NCBI GenBank assembly: GCA_003151335.1
Contig: PLXE01000112.1
Location: forward strand, 2,981 to 66,980
Reading direction: 5' to 3'
DNA length: 64,000 bases
DNA from: Acidobacteriaceae bacterium
Lineage (GTDB): Bacteria > Acidobacteriota > Terriglobia > Terriglobales > Acidobacteriaceae
Shown: positions 26,679 to 36,403 of the stretch, piece by piece
Position numbering within the stretch: the first letter of the stretch is position 1
Layout: each line of letters starts with the position of its first letter
The notes under the pieces: generated by a model
The model's database searches: none
Told to the model about the DNA's origin: nothing
Seen by the model: only the letters and a program-made list of their open reading frames with translations
Position numbers and translations under genes: made by a program

Positions 26679-27329
26679 CTACTCCTGGCCGCCTAAAAGC
26701 TCGACGATCTGCTCTTCCGGAATGGCGCCATGCCGCAGCAGGCGCCAGCTTCCATCGTCGCTGGTTAGGTCAATGATGGTCGAAGGCATCTCGCGCGGGG
26801 ATTGGCCGCCATCCACGATGATGGACAAGCAGTCGCCCAACTGATCGCGCACCTGCAAGGCCGACGTACACTCGCTTTCGCCGCTCAGGTTGGCCGAGGT
26901 GGCGGTAATCGGCATCCCGCCGGCGCGGATAATGGCGAGCGGAATTTCCGCAGCGGGCACCCGCAAGGCCACATTGCCGGTATTGGCGGTAACCTTGAGC
27001 GGCAATTTGGGGTCGGCCTTCACAATGATAGTCAGCGGCCCCGGCCAGAAGCGGCGGGCCAGCAGGTAGAAAATTTCCGGGACTGGCCATGCCAGCTCGG
27101 CGGCCTGGTCCACCGATTCGATCAACAGCGAAAGGGGTTTATGGCGCGAGCGAGACTTAATCTCGTAAACCCGGTCCACCGCGTGCAAGTTAAAGGGATC
27201 CGCCGCCAGACCGTAAAATGTGTCGGTCGGCATGCCTAACACCTCGCCGGCACGGATCTTCTCCGCCACATACGACACCAGCGAGCTCTCCGGTTCCTGA
27301 CTGCTGATTTTGACGATTTCGGGACGCAC
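26679..27329 (-). CDS. tsaC: L-threonylcarbamoyladenylate synthase (YrdC/Sua5 family)
   Basis: 216 aa. LGMPTDTFYGLAADPFN...KSRSRHKPLSLLI...RFWPGPLT...SANLSG is the YrdC domain pattern. Confidence 0.85.
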   Translation of the reverse strand: MRPEIVKISSQEPESSLVSYVAEKIRAGEVLGMPTDTFYGLAADPFNLHAVDRVYEIKSRSRHKPLSLLIESVDQAAELAWPVPEIFYLLARRFWPGPLTIIVKADPKLPLKVTANTGNVALRVPAAEIPLAIIRAGGMPITATSANLSGESECTSALQVRDQLGDCLSIIVDGGQSPREMPSTIIDLTSDDGSWRLLRHGAIPEEQIVELLGGQE

Positions 27330-27471
27330 CCAGACCTCTTCCTTCAGTAACTGGTGTTGATGGAGGGAAAACGTAACATATCACCCCTTGCAACGACAAC
27401 TGAGCAGATTACCACGTCGCGGCCATGGAAAGCGGTGATAGTCGGTGTAGGATAGACCCCGGTCCTGAGCT

Positions 27472-28293
27472 ATGGCCATGCCCATCAAAATGGACGACCG
27501 TTTACGCCGCATCCACAGCGGGCAGAATGCGCGCGTGAAGGAACTGCGCCGCGCTTTTGGCGAGGCCGCGCCCAACGCTGAGGGCGAGGTTGCCGTGGAA
27601 GGCATGCATATCGTCGAAGAGGCAATCCGCAGCGGACTGCGGCCCACCACCGTTTTCCTCAGCGAATCGGCGAAAGAACGCGCGCACAAACTGCTGCCGC
27701 AACTGTCGTCACACACCGAGGCGCTGCTACTGCCGGATGAAGTTTTTGCCAGTGCCGTACCCAGCGAGACTCCGCAAGGCGTGGCTGCTCTGGTGCGCGT
27801 GAAGTCGTGTGCGTTGGACGAAATGTTTGCTTCCGCGCCGGCATTGCTGGTGGCGATTGCCGGCCTGCAGGACCCGGGCAATCTGGGCACGATTGCGCGT
27901 TCGGCCGAAGCCTTTGGGGCCACGGGCCTGCTGCTGGGCGAGCGAACCGTGAGCCCCTGGAATTGGAAAGCGGTGCGGGCTTCCGCCGGCTCGTTGTTCC
28001 GCTTGCCGACGCTGAAGGTCGAATTGGCGAAAGCGCTGCACGAGACGAAAGCGCGTGACGTGCGTGTACTGGCGACATCCTCACACAAAGGCACCGCGAT
28101 TGTGGAGGTTGACCTGCGCGGTCCGGTGGCGTTTATCGTCGGCAGCGAAGGCGCGGGCCTTCCCAAGGACGTGTTGGCGCAAGCCGATGAAGTCGTCGCC
28201 ATTCCGCACTCCTCCAGAGTGGAATCGCTGAACGCGGGCATCGCAGCGTCGATCCTGCTGTATGAGGCCGCACGTCAGCGAAAATCCCGATGA
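27472..28293 (+). CDS. TrmH/SpoU-family RNA 2'-O-methyltransferase
   Basis: LQDPGNLGTIARSAEAFG...FIVGSEGAGL...IPHSSRVESLNAGIAASILLYE are the SpoU motifs. Confidence 0.8.
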   Translation: MAMPIKMDDRLRRIHSGQNARVKELRRAFGEAAPNAEGEVAVEGMHIVEEAIRSGLRPTTVFLSESAKERAHKLLPQLSSHTEALLLPDEVFASAVPSETPQGVAALVRVKSCALDEMFASAPALLVAIAGLQDPGNLGTIARSAEAFGATGLLLGERTVSPWNWKAVRASAGSLFRLPTLKVELAKALHETKARDVRVLATSSHKGTAIVEVDLRGPVAFIVGSEGAGLPKDVLAQADEVVAIPHSSRVESLNAGIAASILLYEAARQRKSR

Positions 28294-28301
28294 TCGGACT
28301 C

Positions 28302-29060
28302 TTACTGCGCGGTATATCCGCCATCGATTACCAGGGTTGTTCCTGTGATGTAGGAAGCATGCTCACTGCATAGAAAGAGAACAGCTGCAGCAATCTCCTC
28401 CGGTTTACCTATGCGACCCAACGGGTTGTAGGCAGCCACCTGTTCCAGGCTCCAGCCCAGCGACTTCCAGACTTCCAGCGCTAGCTCAGTAGCCACGCTG
28501 CCGCAGCACAGGGCATTGATGGTGATATTGTTTTTGGCGGCGGATAGCGCCGTCGATTTTGTCAGCCCGACAACACCCGCTTTTGCCGCCGAGTAAGGTG
28601 CGTTGATGGGAATGCCAACTACGGCGCCCGCAATGGATGACATGTTAACGATCGCCCCGCCACCCGATTTCGCCATAGCCGGCAACTCATGTTGCATGCA
28701 AACAAACGTTCCGCGGAGATTGGTGCTTAGCATGTTGTCGAAGTCGGCAGTCGTCTGCTGCTCCAGTGGCGCGATGTGGTCGACTCCCGCATTATTGAAG
28801 GCGCAATCGAGGCGACCGAACTTCTGCAGGGCCGCCTTCACCAGGTTCTCGACCTCCGCTTCGACTTGGACATCGGTGTGGACGAATATCGCGTCTCCGC
28901 CAGCAGTCTTTATGTTTTCAACCACGCGCTCTCCCTCAGCGTCCCGTCGGCCGGCGATGACGACCTTGGCGCGGTACCGGGCAAACATCACCGCGGTTGC
29001 CTCGCCAATGCCCGATGTAGCGCCCGTTATCAACGCAACCTTCCCGTGAAAATCAATCAT
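28302..29060 (-). CDS. SDR-family oxidoreductase
   Basis: ATG at 29060 follows AGGAAA. Motifs are GKVALITGATSGIGEA, NNAG and YSAAKAGV. Confidence 0.85.
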   Translation of the reverse strand: MIDFHGKVALITGATSGIGEATAVMFARYRAKVVIAGRRDAEGERVVENIKTAGGDAIFVHTDVQVEAEVENLVKAALQKFGRLDCAFNNAGVDHIAPLEQQTTADFDNMLSTNLRGTFVCMQHELPAMAKSGGGAIVNMSSIAGAVVGIPINAPYSAAKAGVVGLTKSTALSAAKNNITINALCCGSVATELALEVWKSLGWSLEQVAAYNPLGRIGKPEEIAAAVLFLCSEHASYITGTTLVIDGGYTAQ

Positions 29061-29236
29061 GGGTTTCCTTTGTGTGCAGGTTTCAACCTGCGAATTATGG
29101 CGGATTGTGGACACAGATTCAAATCGCCGATCCGGCTGGCTGACCGTGGAGCCGCGGCATGAAACGAGTAGCTGAGGCGCATAATTAAAGGGAACTGGGG
29201 CCGGTGGAGTTCGTGCCTCCGTGGTGAATCAAAGTT

Positions 29237-30613
29237 TTGAGTCTATTTCAGAACAATCCGCCCTCTGACGACGCCATTGACAAATCGCGGCCGCTGGCTG
29301 ATCGCATGCGTCCGCGCAGCCTGGATGAGTTTGTCGGGCAGGAGCACATTCTCGCGCCCGGCAAGCCGCTGCGGGTGCAGATCGAGCGCGACGACACCGG
29401 CTCGCTGCTCTTCTGGGGCCCTCCCGGAGTCGGCAAGACCACGCTCGCCAAAATCATCGCGCGCATGACCCGTGCGGAGTTCGTAGAATTTTCCGCTGTG
29501 CTGACCGGCATCAAGGAAATCAAGCAGGTCATGGCCGATGCGGAACGGGCACGCCAGTACGGCACCCGGACCATCGTCTTCGTGGACGAGGTGCACCGCT
29601 TCAACAAAGCGCAGCAGGATGCTTTCTTGCCGTACGTCGAAAAGGGCAGCATCCGCCTGATCGGCGCGACCACCGAAAATCCGTCGTTCGAAGTGATTTC
29701 GGCGCTGCTGTCGCGCTGCCGCGTTTACGTGCTGAAGCCGTTGACCGAGGAGCAGATCGTGCTCTTACTGCGGCGCTCGCTAGAAGACACCGAGCGCGGC
29801 TTGGGCGAAGCGCAGCTTGAAGCGGAAGACGACATCTTGCGCAAGATTGCGGCCTACTCCAGCGGAGACGCGCGCAGCGCCTACAATGTGCTGGAGGTCG
29901 CGGCCACGCTGGCGGCTGAGCAGCAGAAGGCGGGCGCGAGGCCCCGCATCACCGACGCCATGGTCACCGACGCGCTGCAGAAGCGCGTGCTGATGTACGA
30001 CAAGGCCGGCGAAGAGCATTACAACCTGATCTCGGCGCTGCACAAAAGCGTGCGCAATAGCGATCCCGATGCGGCACTCTATTGGCTGGCGCGCATGCTG
30101 GAGGCCGGTGAGGACCGGCTGTACGTGGCCCGGCGCGTGGTGCGGATGGCGGTTGAGGACATCGGGCTCGCCGACCCCAATGCGCTTAGCGTGACCTTGG
30201 CCGCCCGCGATGCTTTCGCCTTCCTCGGCATGCCGGAAGGCGACCTGGCGCTGGCCCAGGCGGTCGTGTATCTGTGCGCCGCCCCCAAGTCCAACGCGGT
30301 GTACATGGCGTATGGTGCGGTGCAGGAGGACGTCGAGCGCACCGCGCAGGAGCCGGTCCCGTTGCATCTGCGCAACGCCCCCACTGGGCTGATGAAGGCC
30401 TTGGATTACGGCAAGGGATATCAGTACGCGCACGACCTGGAATCGAAAGTCGCTGACATGCAGTGCCTGCCTGACGGCTTGAAGGACCGCAAGTATTACC
30501 ATCCCACCGAGGAAGGCATAGAGAAGCGGATCAAGGCGCGACTGGAAGAGATCCGGCAGGCAAAGAAAACTTCACAACAGAGGCACAAAGACACAGAGAA
30601 GAAGAAATCTTAA
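29237..30613 (+). CDS. rarA: replication-associated recombination protein A (AAA ATPase)
   Basis: TTG start. Motifs are LADRMRPRSLDEFVGQEHIL, GPPGVGKTT, VFVDEVHRFNK and the MgsA C-terminal domain. The last ~12 codons lie in a repeat arm. Confidence 0.9.
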   Translation: MSLFQNNPPSDDAIDKSRPLADRMRPRSLDEFVGQEHILAPGKPLRVQIERDDTGSLLFWGPPGVGKTTLAKIIARMTRAEFVEFSAVLTGIKEIKQVMADAERARQYGTRTIVFVDEVHRFNKAQQDAFLPYVEKGSIRLIGATTENPSFEVISALLSRCRVYVLKPLTEEQIVLLLRRSLEDTERGLGEAQLEAEDDILRKIAAYSSGDARSAYNVLEVAATLAAEQQKAGARPRITDAMVTDALQKRVLMYDKAGEEHYNLISALHKSVRNSDPDAALYWLARMLEAGEDRLYVARRVVRMAVEDIGLADPNALSVTLAARDAFAFLGMPEGDLALAQAVVYLCAAPKSNAVYMAYGAVQEDVERTAQEPVPLHLRNAPTGLMKALDYGKGYQYAHDLESKVADMQCLPDGLKDRKYYHPTEEGIEKRIKARLEEIRQAKKTSQQRHKDTEKKKS

Positions 30614-30788
30614 AACGATCCAGCACAGAGACTCGGCGGACACGAAAAACTACAGTTTGTCATGCTGGAGCAGGCCCCGACTTGATTTTGGTAGGCGGCC
30701 TCGAAGCATCGTTATTCCCTGAGCGCAGAGAGCGATTGGAAAAGAAAAAACTAAAGACTTCTCTGTGCTTCTATGCCTCTGTGGTTCA
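30571..30788. repeat. inverted-repeat element (CCACAGAGRCACGGAG family), copy 2
   Basis: The left arm is ttcacaacagaggcacaaagacacagagaag (30571-30601). The right arm is cttctctgtgcttctatgcctctgtggttca (30758-30788). The arms are complementary at 24/31 positions by hand. It spans the gap between convergent rarA and the CoA-binding gene. Confidence 0.7.
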
Positions 30789-31235
30789 TTGTGTCTTGAT
30801 GTGCTCCTTGAGAATGCACTTGTCCATCACGACGAAGATGCCCGCCTGGCGCGCCTTTTCAGCTGCTTGGTGATGGACCACGCCTTCCTGCATCCAGATC
30901 GCCGGCGCCTTGATCTGGATGGCCTGCTCCACCACATCGGGCACCGCTTCGGAGCGGCGGAAGACATTCACGATGTCGATCTTTTCCGGCACCTCGAGCA
31001 GCGATGGGTATGCTTTTTCGCCTTCCCACTCCGTGATGTTGGGATTGACCGGAATGATTCGGTATCCGTGCGATTGCATGTAGTGCGAGACGCCAAAGCT
31101 GGGCCGGGTGGGAGTGTTGGTCAGTCCTACGACGGCGATGGTCTTAGCGGATTTCAGCAGTTCCGTGATGCGTTCGGCTTCGGTTGCGGGCACGTCCAGC
31201 TCCTGGCGTCGAACATGCGATTGTAACTTGCCCAC
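30786..31235 (-). CDS. CoA-binding domain protein (YccU/YneT-like)
   Basis: AKTIAVVGLTNTPTRPSFGVSHYMQSHGYRIIPVNP is the CoA_binding_2 pattern. Confidence 0.8.
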   Translation of the reverse strand: MGKLQSHVRRQELDVPATEAERITELLKSAKTIAVVGLTNTPTRPSFGVSHYMQSHGYRIIPVNPNITEWEGEKAYPSLLEVPEKIDIVNVFRRSEAVPDVVEQAIQIKAPAIWMQEGVVHHQAAEKARQAGIFVVMDKCILKEHIKTQ

Positions 31236-31248
31236 TTGGTCGCGGTGG

Positions 31249-31935
31249 CTAGCGCTTGCTCTTCAGCTTCGTGGTTAGCCGGCGATGACGGCTTGGCGAA
31301 GCCGCCAGGAAGCCCGACAGGTGCTCCACTTCGACCACCACGCGATCAAGGTCGTCAAGCAGCGGCTTCAGCAGGTGGGTCACGCCGCCGGCGCGGTATT
31401 CATTTACCAGGGAGCGGTAATACCAAATAATTCTGGTCTTGGGAGCGGAAAAGCGCGCGAAGGCCAGGTCTCCGTTGTAGCGCAGGTCGCGCAGCACGGC
31501 GCGTACGTTGTACAGTTTGTCGGCCGCGGATACGAACCGGGTTTCGGCATCCTCATGGCGCACCCGGCGCAGGTAGCGAAATTTACGCTGCTCCCAACTT
31601 TCCTTCTTCTTCGGATCTTCGACGTACGAGTCGGTGCAGCCGTCCACGATCTTGGCCACACGCGCTCCGAAGATCTGCTCGATGATCTTCAACATGGGAC
31701 GCCCGCCCTGGTCCTCGACCGCGTCGTGCAGTAGGGCCGCGATGGCCATCTCCTCGTCGCCGCCGTAATCGAGCACGATGGAGGCCACGCCCAGTAAATG
31801 CGAGATGTAAGGAATGCCGCTCTTCTTGCGGTCCTGGTCGCGATGCACTTGGGCCGCGAAGAGCAAAGCGTGGTCGAAGCGGGTGGAGAGCGGAACAAAC
31901 TTGCGGTCGAGCGAGCGTAATGGTTTGCGTCTCAT
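31249..31935 (-). CDS. HD-domain protein, SpoT/Mesh1-like small alarmone hydrolase candidate
   Basis: AAQVHRDQDRKKSGIPYISHLLGVASIVLDYGGDEEMAIAALLHDAVED is a RelA/SpoT-type HD hydrolase motif. There is no synthetase domain. Confidence 0.65.
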   Translation of the reverse strand: MRRKPLRSLDRKFVPLSTRFDHALLFAAQVHRDQDRKKSGIPYISHLLGVASIVLDYGGDEEMAIAALLHDAVEDQGGRPMLKIIEQIFGARVAKIVDGCTDSYVEDPKKKESWEQRKFRYLRRVRHEDAETRFVSAADKLYNVRAVLRDLRYNGDLAFARFSAPKTRIIWYYRSLVNEYRAGGVTHLLKPLLDDLDRVVVEVEHLSGFLAASPSRHRRLTTKLKSKR

Positions 31936-31976
31936 AGGCAGGATCGCAATTGCTGCTAATCAGAATAGCCGAAAAG

Positions 31977-32004
31977 GAGCGGAGCAACGAGCAATTAGCA
32001 ACTG
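31977..32004. repeat. heptamer-phased repeat tract
   Basis: Sequence is gagcgga gcaacga gcaatta gcaactg. Confidence 0.45.
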
Positions 32005-32101
32005 CCATGTCATACCAACTGGCAGGAGGACGAGAAGGCTTAGCGGCCGAGCCCGCGGTGTCGGGGGCAGGGAAGGGGTGAAGTCGCTGATTGTTATCCC
32101 G

Positions 32102-34189
32102 CTATGGCTGGCTCGCCGAGGGAGTCGGCGCGCCGGAATGTGCCGCGTCCGAGGCCGACTCCACAGCACTGCTTTGTTCCAGCAACAGGCCATTGTAAGA
32201 AGAAGCGCCCAGCAGGCGGCCCTGGTAATTCAGAGCGTGGCGAATCGAGACTCCGGCATCGGGGGTGCGCTGCCAGCTTTGTCCGCCATCCTTGCTCTCG
32301 AAAACACCGTGGGCGAAAAGCGCGGTGGCCAGCAGCCGCTGCCCGACTGCGTCATAGCGCACGGAAAACACGTTGCGCGTTGGAAGACCGGCGAGAAGGT
32401 GCGCCCAGGTCTTTCCGCCATCGGTCGAGTGCAGCGCACCTTCGCGCGTTCCCAGCCACAGCGAACCGTCGGGAACAACCGTCAGGTTGTACAGTCCAGT
32501 GACGTACCGAGGGTAAGAGATCTCCATCCAGGATGCGCCCTCATCCTTGGAAAGGAAGATATGCTTAGGGCTGACCAGCGTAACGCTACCGTCGGCGAAA
32601 TGATTCACCACGATGAAATCGCTCTCGCCTTCCACCGGCTCGCCATACCACTTGCGCCCCTGATCGACGCTCACGAAGAGTCCCTGATCAGTGGCGGCAT
32701 ACCATGCTTTGTCGGTGAACTCGAGGGAGCGCACCCGCGGTGCTTTGGCAGGAGCGATCACGGCTTCAAGCGGAGCCTTGGGCGCGTGAGTCACCGGCTT
32801 GCGTCTGGAGTTGGTCGCAGCCGAGTGGGCCGTTTGCGAGCGGGCGGGCGGCGCGGCTTGCTCGCTTTCCGGCGGACGCTTGCCCATGATCATTGCCGCC
32901 GGTAGCCAGGTTGCGTTTACGGAGAGCAGAGAAAAGATTCCATGATTGGTGCCGGCGAAGATCACGCCGCTGTCCGCCTGTTGCAGGCTCAGAATGTCGC
33001 GCTCGTCCAGTCCGCGGTTCGACTGACGCCAGCTTTGCCCGCCGTCAGCGGAGAGGAAGAACCCGCCGCGGTCTTTATCGTTGACCACTCCCACGTACAG
33101 CCGGTTGGGGTCCTTGCGATCGACCACGACGCCGCCGATCACACGATGGGAAAAGCCGCGGTTCGAACTGGTGTAATGGTCAAAACCATCGTCGCTGGCC
33201 AACACCCCGCCGCGATCGGTGGCCAGCAGCACGCGATCAGGCTGACGCGGATCGATGAGTACGTCGTTAACAATCACGTCCGGCGCGGAGTAGAGTTCCC
33301 ATGTGTTGCCGCCGTCAAAGGTCTTCCACAGGCCGCCGGTGGTGCCGGCATACACGATCCCAGGCCGCTTGGGATCCTGCTTTAGAACCCGGGTGCGGAT
33401 TGCGGAGTGAGGTATGCCCCGGATGCGAGAAAAAAGATTACCGGCATTCACGCTCTTGTAAATTCCCGAACAGGCGCTAACGTAAACCGTCGCGGGCCTA
33501 TTCGGATCGATAATGATGCTGAAAACGTCAGAATCCAGCAGCATTCCCTGCTGGATACTGTGCCAGCTTTGGCCACCATCTTCGGTCTTCCACGGCAGGT
33601 GGAAAGTGCCGGCATAGATGGTGTCGGGATTCAGCGGATCGATGGCCACTGACTCAATGTTCTTGATCTCGGGGTGGTTCTTGGGCGAAATGCGGGTCCA
33701 GGTGGCGCCGCCGTCGGGCGAACGGAAGACCCCGTCGAGGGCGCCAATCACCAGGGTGTTGTGATCGCTGGGCGCCATGGCCAGAGCCCGGACAGACTTG
33801 CCATGCACCATCGGCAACGCGCGCCAGGTGCGCCCGCCATCGTCGGAACGGAAGACATCGCCTTCCTCCTGGTTGTACAGGCTCCATCCTGCGACGTAAA
33901 TCGTGGCTGGGCGGGTGGGATCGAAGATGACGTGGTCCAGAACATAATCATCGCCGTCGCCGAGGTGCGCGAATGGGGCCCAGGAGTTTCCGCCGTCCTG
34001 CGAGACAAATAATTGCCCCGCGCTGGTGCCCAGCAAGATGTGGTTGGGATCGGCCGGGTCGTAGGCCAAACTGCGCACGTCGCCACCTTCGGGCCCGATC
34101 AGACGCCAGTCCGATGCAGAGGACCCGATGCTGAACAGCACGGCAACGCAGAAAAGGAGCTTCACCAGGGACAAGACAATCTTACGCAT
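32102..34189 (-). CDS. secreted BNR/Asp-box (sortilin/Ycf48-like) beta-propeller protein
   Basis: ATG at 34189 gives a signal peptide, MRKIVLSLVKLLFCVAVLFS. S-x-D-x-G-x-x-W boxes recur (SQDGGNSW, SDDGGRTW, SPDGGATW, TEDGGQSW, SADGGQSW, STDGGKTW, SKDGGQSW). Confidence 0.75.
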   Translation of the reverse strand: MRKIVLSLVKLLFCVAVLFSIGSSASDWRLIGPEGGDVRSLAYDPADPNHILLGTSAGQLFVSQDGGNSWAPFAHLGDGDDYVLDHVIFDPTRPATIYVAGWSLYNQEEGDVFRSDDGGRTWRALPMVHGKSVRALAMAPSDHNTLVIGALDGVFRSPDGGATWTRISPKNHPEIKNIESVAIDPLNPDTIYAGTFHLPWKTEDGGQSWHSIQQGMLLDSDVFSIIIDPNRPATVYVSACSGIYKSVNAGNLFSRIRGIPHSAIRTRVLKQDPKRPGIVYAGTTGGLWKTFDGGNTWELYSAPDVIVNDVLIDPRQPDRVLLATDRGGVLASDDGFDHYTSSNRGFSHRVIGGVVVDRKDPNRLYVGVVNDKDRGGFFLSADGGQSWRQSNRGLDERDILSLQQADSGVIFAGTNHGIFSLLSVNATWLPAAMIMGKRPPESEQAAPPARSQTAHSAATNSRRKPVTHAPKAPLEAVIAPAKAPRVRSLEFTDKAWYAATDQGLFVSVDQGRKWYGEPVEGESDFIVVNHFADGSVTLVSPKHIFLSKDEGASWMEISYPRYVTGLYNLTVVPDGSLWLGTREGALHSTDGGKTWAHLLAGLPTRNVFSVRYDAVGQRLLATALFAHGVFESKDGGQSWQRTPDAGVSIRHALNYQGRLLGASSYNGLLLEQSSAVESASDAAHSGAPTPSASQP

Positions 34190-34525
34190 AACAGGAACAG
34201 ACACCGAGAGAGCCATTTGTTAAATGATAACCCGGAGTGAGCGGCCTGGGTAGCTCTAAAGCTGCCAGTATCCGGACGGTAAAGTTCGCAGTCGAAAGTT
34301 TGCCGCACCTGTGCGGACTCGAGAAGACTGGCCGCCAATTTACTTAGATGCGGGCATGACAAGCGGCGCACCCCGGAAGATTCGGACCCGGTGGCAGTCC
34401 GAAAGGCGAATTTACCACGGACCGGCACACCGAGGAACACGGATTCATTGAATCCGTGGTGAACTCGACCCGCAGCGCGAGGCGGAACATCCATCCATCA
34501 CCGAAAGAAACCGCTCCGTCCCTCA

Positions 34526-34561
34526 AATAAAAAGCCGGTGAGAGCGTTGCGCTCTCACCGG
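34526..34561 (-). terminator. intrinsic terminator downstream of the OmpA-family gene
   Basis: On the reverse strand, the ccggtgagagcg/cgctctcaccgg 12-bp stem is followed by CTTTTTATTTG. Confidence 0.75.
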
Positions 34562-34588
34562 TGTTAGAGTCCCAGGCAAATTACGCGC

Positions 34589-36403
34589 TCAGTGAGGCGT
34601 TACTGTGTCTTCCGTCGCCTTGGCGCCCTTCTTGACAGCATGTCCGGTTTTTTTGGCAGCCTTGCCAACGTCCTTGCCTGCAGTTTCGGCGCCCTCTGCC
34701 ACGGCGTTGCCCGTGGTTTCAGCCGCCGCTGCCGCCGCTGCCCTCTTGTGATGGTGCATCGGAGCCACCGTCTTCGGTTTCGGATAGGCGTTCTCGCTCG
34801 GCGTCACCACAGTCTCGTCAACCGGCGTTGTACCTTGCAGTAACGGAGCAGTGGCGGTGTCCGCGCCCTGCGGTACCCAGAAGATATCCGCATCGTGGTC
34901 CTTGCCCGTACCCTTGCGCACCTCGATACGGCTGGGGTCGATGCCCTGTTGCTGTACCAGGTAAGCCTTGGCGTTTACCGCACGCTGCGCAGCCAGATCC
35001 ATCGCATGTTTCTTCTTGCCCATGCCGATCTTCGGCTGCGGTTCGCCATCGGCGTAACCGACGATAACCAGCTTCGCATTGGGATCGTTCTTCAATGCGG
35101 AGGCGTCGTCGTCCAGTATGGCCTTGGCTTCGTTGTCAACGCGCCACGGGATGTACTTCTGTTTCGGACGCGGTATGAACTGAATCGGCGTACGCGCACT
35201 CACCTGCGGCAGTTCGGGCTTACCTTCAACCGTCACTGTAGCGACGCAGGGTTGAGCGTTGGTCACTCCGCGTGAATCCGTCGCCGTGACGCTGACATTG
35301 ATCGGCCCAGCTGGTGCGCCGGTCGTGTCCAGGGTCGCGGTGGTGCCGGTTCCGCTGATCGTTCCGGCCGAAGCCAGGTACGAGTAGCTGGAGATGGTCA
35401 CGCCGGGATCCGGACTGGTCGCGTTGGCTGTGATGGTGGACGGAGTACCCGCGCGTACCGTGGTCGGGTTAGCCGAGCAGGTCACCACTGGCGGGTTCAT
35501 CGGCTTCGCCTTGACGGTGAAGGGCGCGCTACACTTCGCCGAGTTCATCTTCCTCATCTTGGCATCGGTGAGGGTAGCGTTGGCGGTGTGAGGACCCGCG
35601 GATGCGCCCGTGGTGTCAATGTGGGCAGACTGCGCATTCGCCGTATCGATCTTGCCACCGTCGGTTGTCCAGGCATAAGTGATGGTGTGCTTGGAATTGA
35701 AGTTCGCTCCCGTCGCCGTAACCGTTACCGGCTCGCCTTCGGTCACTTCGGTAGGCTGGGCCGTGCAGGTCGCAGCCAACGCCGGGGCGTAGTAGTCGCC
35801 TAGGTTTACAACAATGCCCGCCGCCAGGCGAATGCTGTTCAACTGGGTACTTTCACCGAGAAATCTCCCGTGATAGTTGCTGTAGATGTAATCCACCTGC
35901 GCCAGGCGGATCGCGAAGTTATGGGTTACGTTCAAGTCGAACCCGCCGCCCCCGCCTACCGCAGCCTGCCACTCAGTTCTAAGTAAGTTGGGGGTGATAT
36001 TCGGGTCGTAAGTTTGGGGTGATATTCGGGCGGCGCCGACAAAGACCCGGACAAACGGGGAGAATGTGTCGGTATGATACTTGTACTGCAATCCTCCCAA
36101 AAGGTAACCCACGTTGACGTGGTTACCCCAATGGCCGCTCACGTCGCCGAGTACGCCCAAGTTGTGCGCAGCGGGAAGGTAAAACACGTTCGAAAAGTCA
36201 AAGCCCTTGGCGAGATCCGGGACTTTGTAACCAAGGTCTGTCTTGGCACCCGGGTGTAACCATGAGTAACCGCCAAAGATTTCGTCTTTGGGCTGAATAT
36301 CAGTTTGCGCTGTAGCAAGGACGCCTAATAGACACAGCGCGAACGCCAGCGCAATCGATGCCGCAATGAGGCGTGTCGGGACTACTCCAATACGAGAAGA
36401 CAT
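34589..36403 (-). CDS. OmpA-family outer-membrane protein with central Ig-like repeats
   Basis: ATG at 36403 follows GGAGG, with a signal peptide. It has an N-terminal beta-barrel-like region. Repeated TxxPTxVxxG...ATLDTTGAPAGP modules follow, then an OmpA-like C-terminal domain (KLVIVGYADGEP...AAQRAVNAKAYLVQQQGIDPSRIEV) and an Ala/Lys-rich tail. Confidence 0.75.
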   Translation of the reverse strand: MSSRIGVVPTRLIAASIALAFALCLLGVLATAQTDIQPKDEIFGGYSWLHPGAKTDLGYKVPDLAKGFDFSNVFYLPAAHNLGVLGDVSGHWGNHVNVGYLLGGLQYKYHTDTFSPFVRVFVGAARISPQTYDPNITPNLLRTEWQAAVGGGGGFDLNVTHNFAIRLAQVDYIYSNYHGRFLGESTQLNSIRLAAGIVVNLGDYYAPALAATCTAQPTEVTEGEPVTVTATGANFNSKHTITYAWTTDGGKIDTANAQSAHIDTTGASAGPHTANATLTDAKMRKMNSAKCSAPFTVKAKPMNPPVVTCSANPTTVRAGTPSTITANATSPDPGVTISSYSYLASAGTISGTGTTATLDTTGAPAGPINVSVTATDSRGVTNAQPCVATVTVEGKPELPQVSARTPIQFIPRPKQKYIPWRVDNEAKAILDDDASALKNDPNAKLVIVGYADGEPQPKIGMGKKKHAMDLAAQRAVNAKAYLVQQQGIDPSRIEVRKGTGKDHDADIFWVPQGADTATAPLLQGTTPVDETVVTPSENAYPKPKTVAPMHHHKRAAAAAAAETTGNAVAEGAETAGKDVGKAAKKTGHAVKKGAKATEDTVTPH

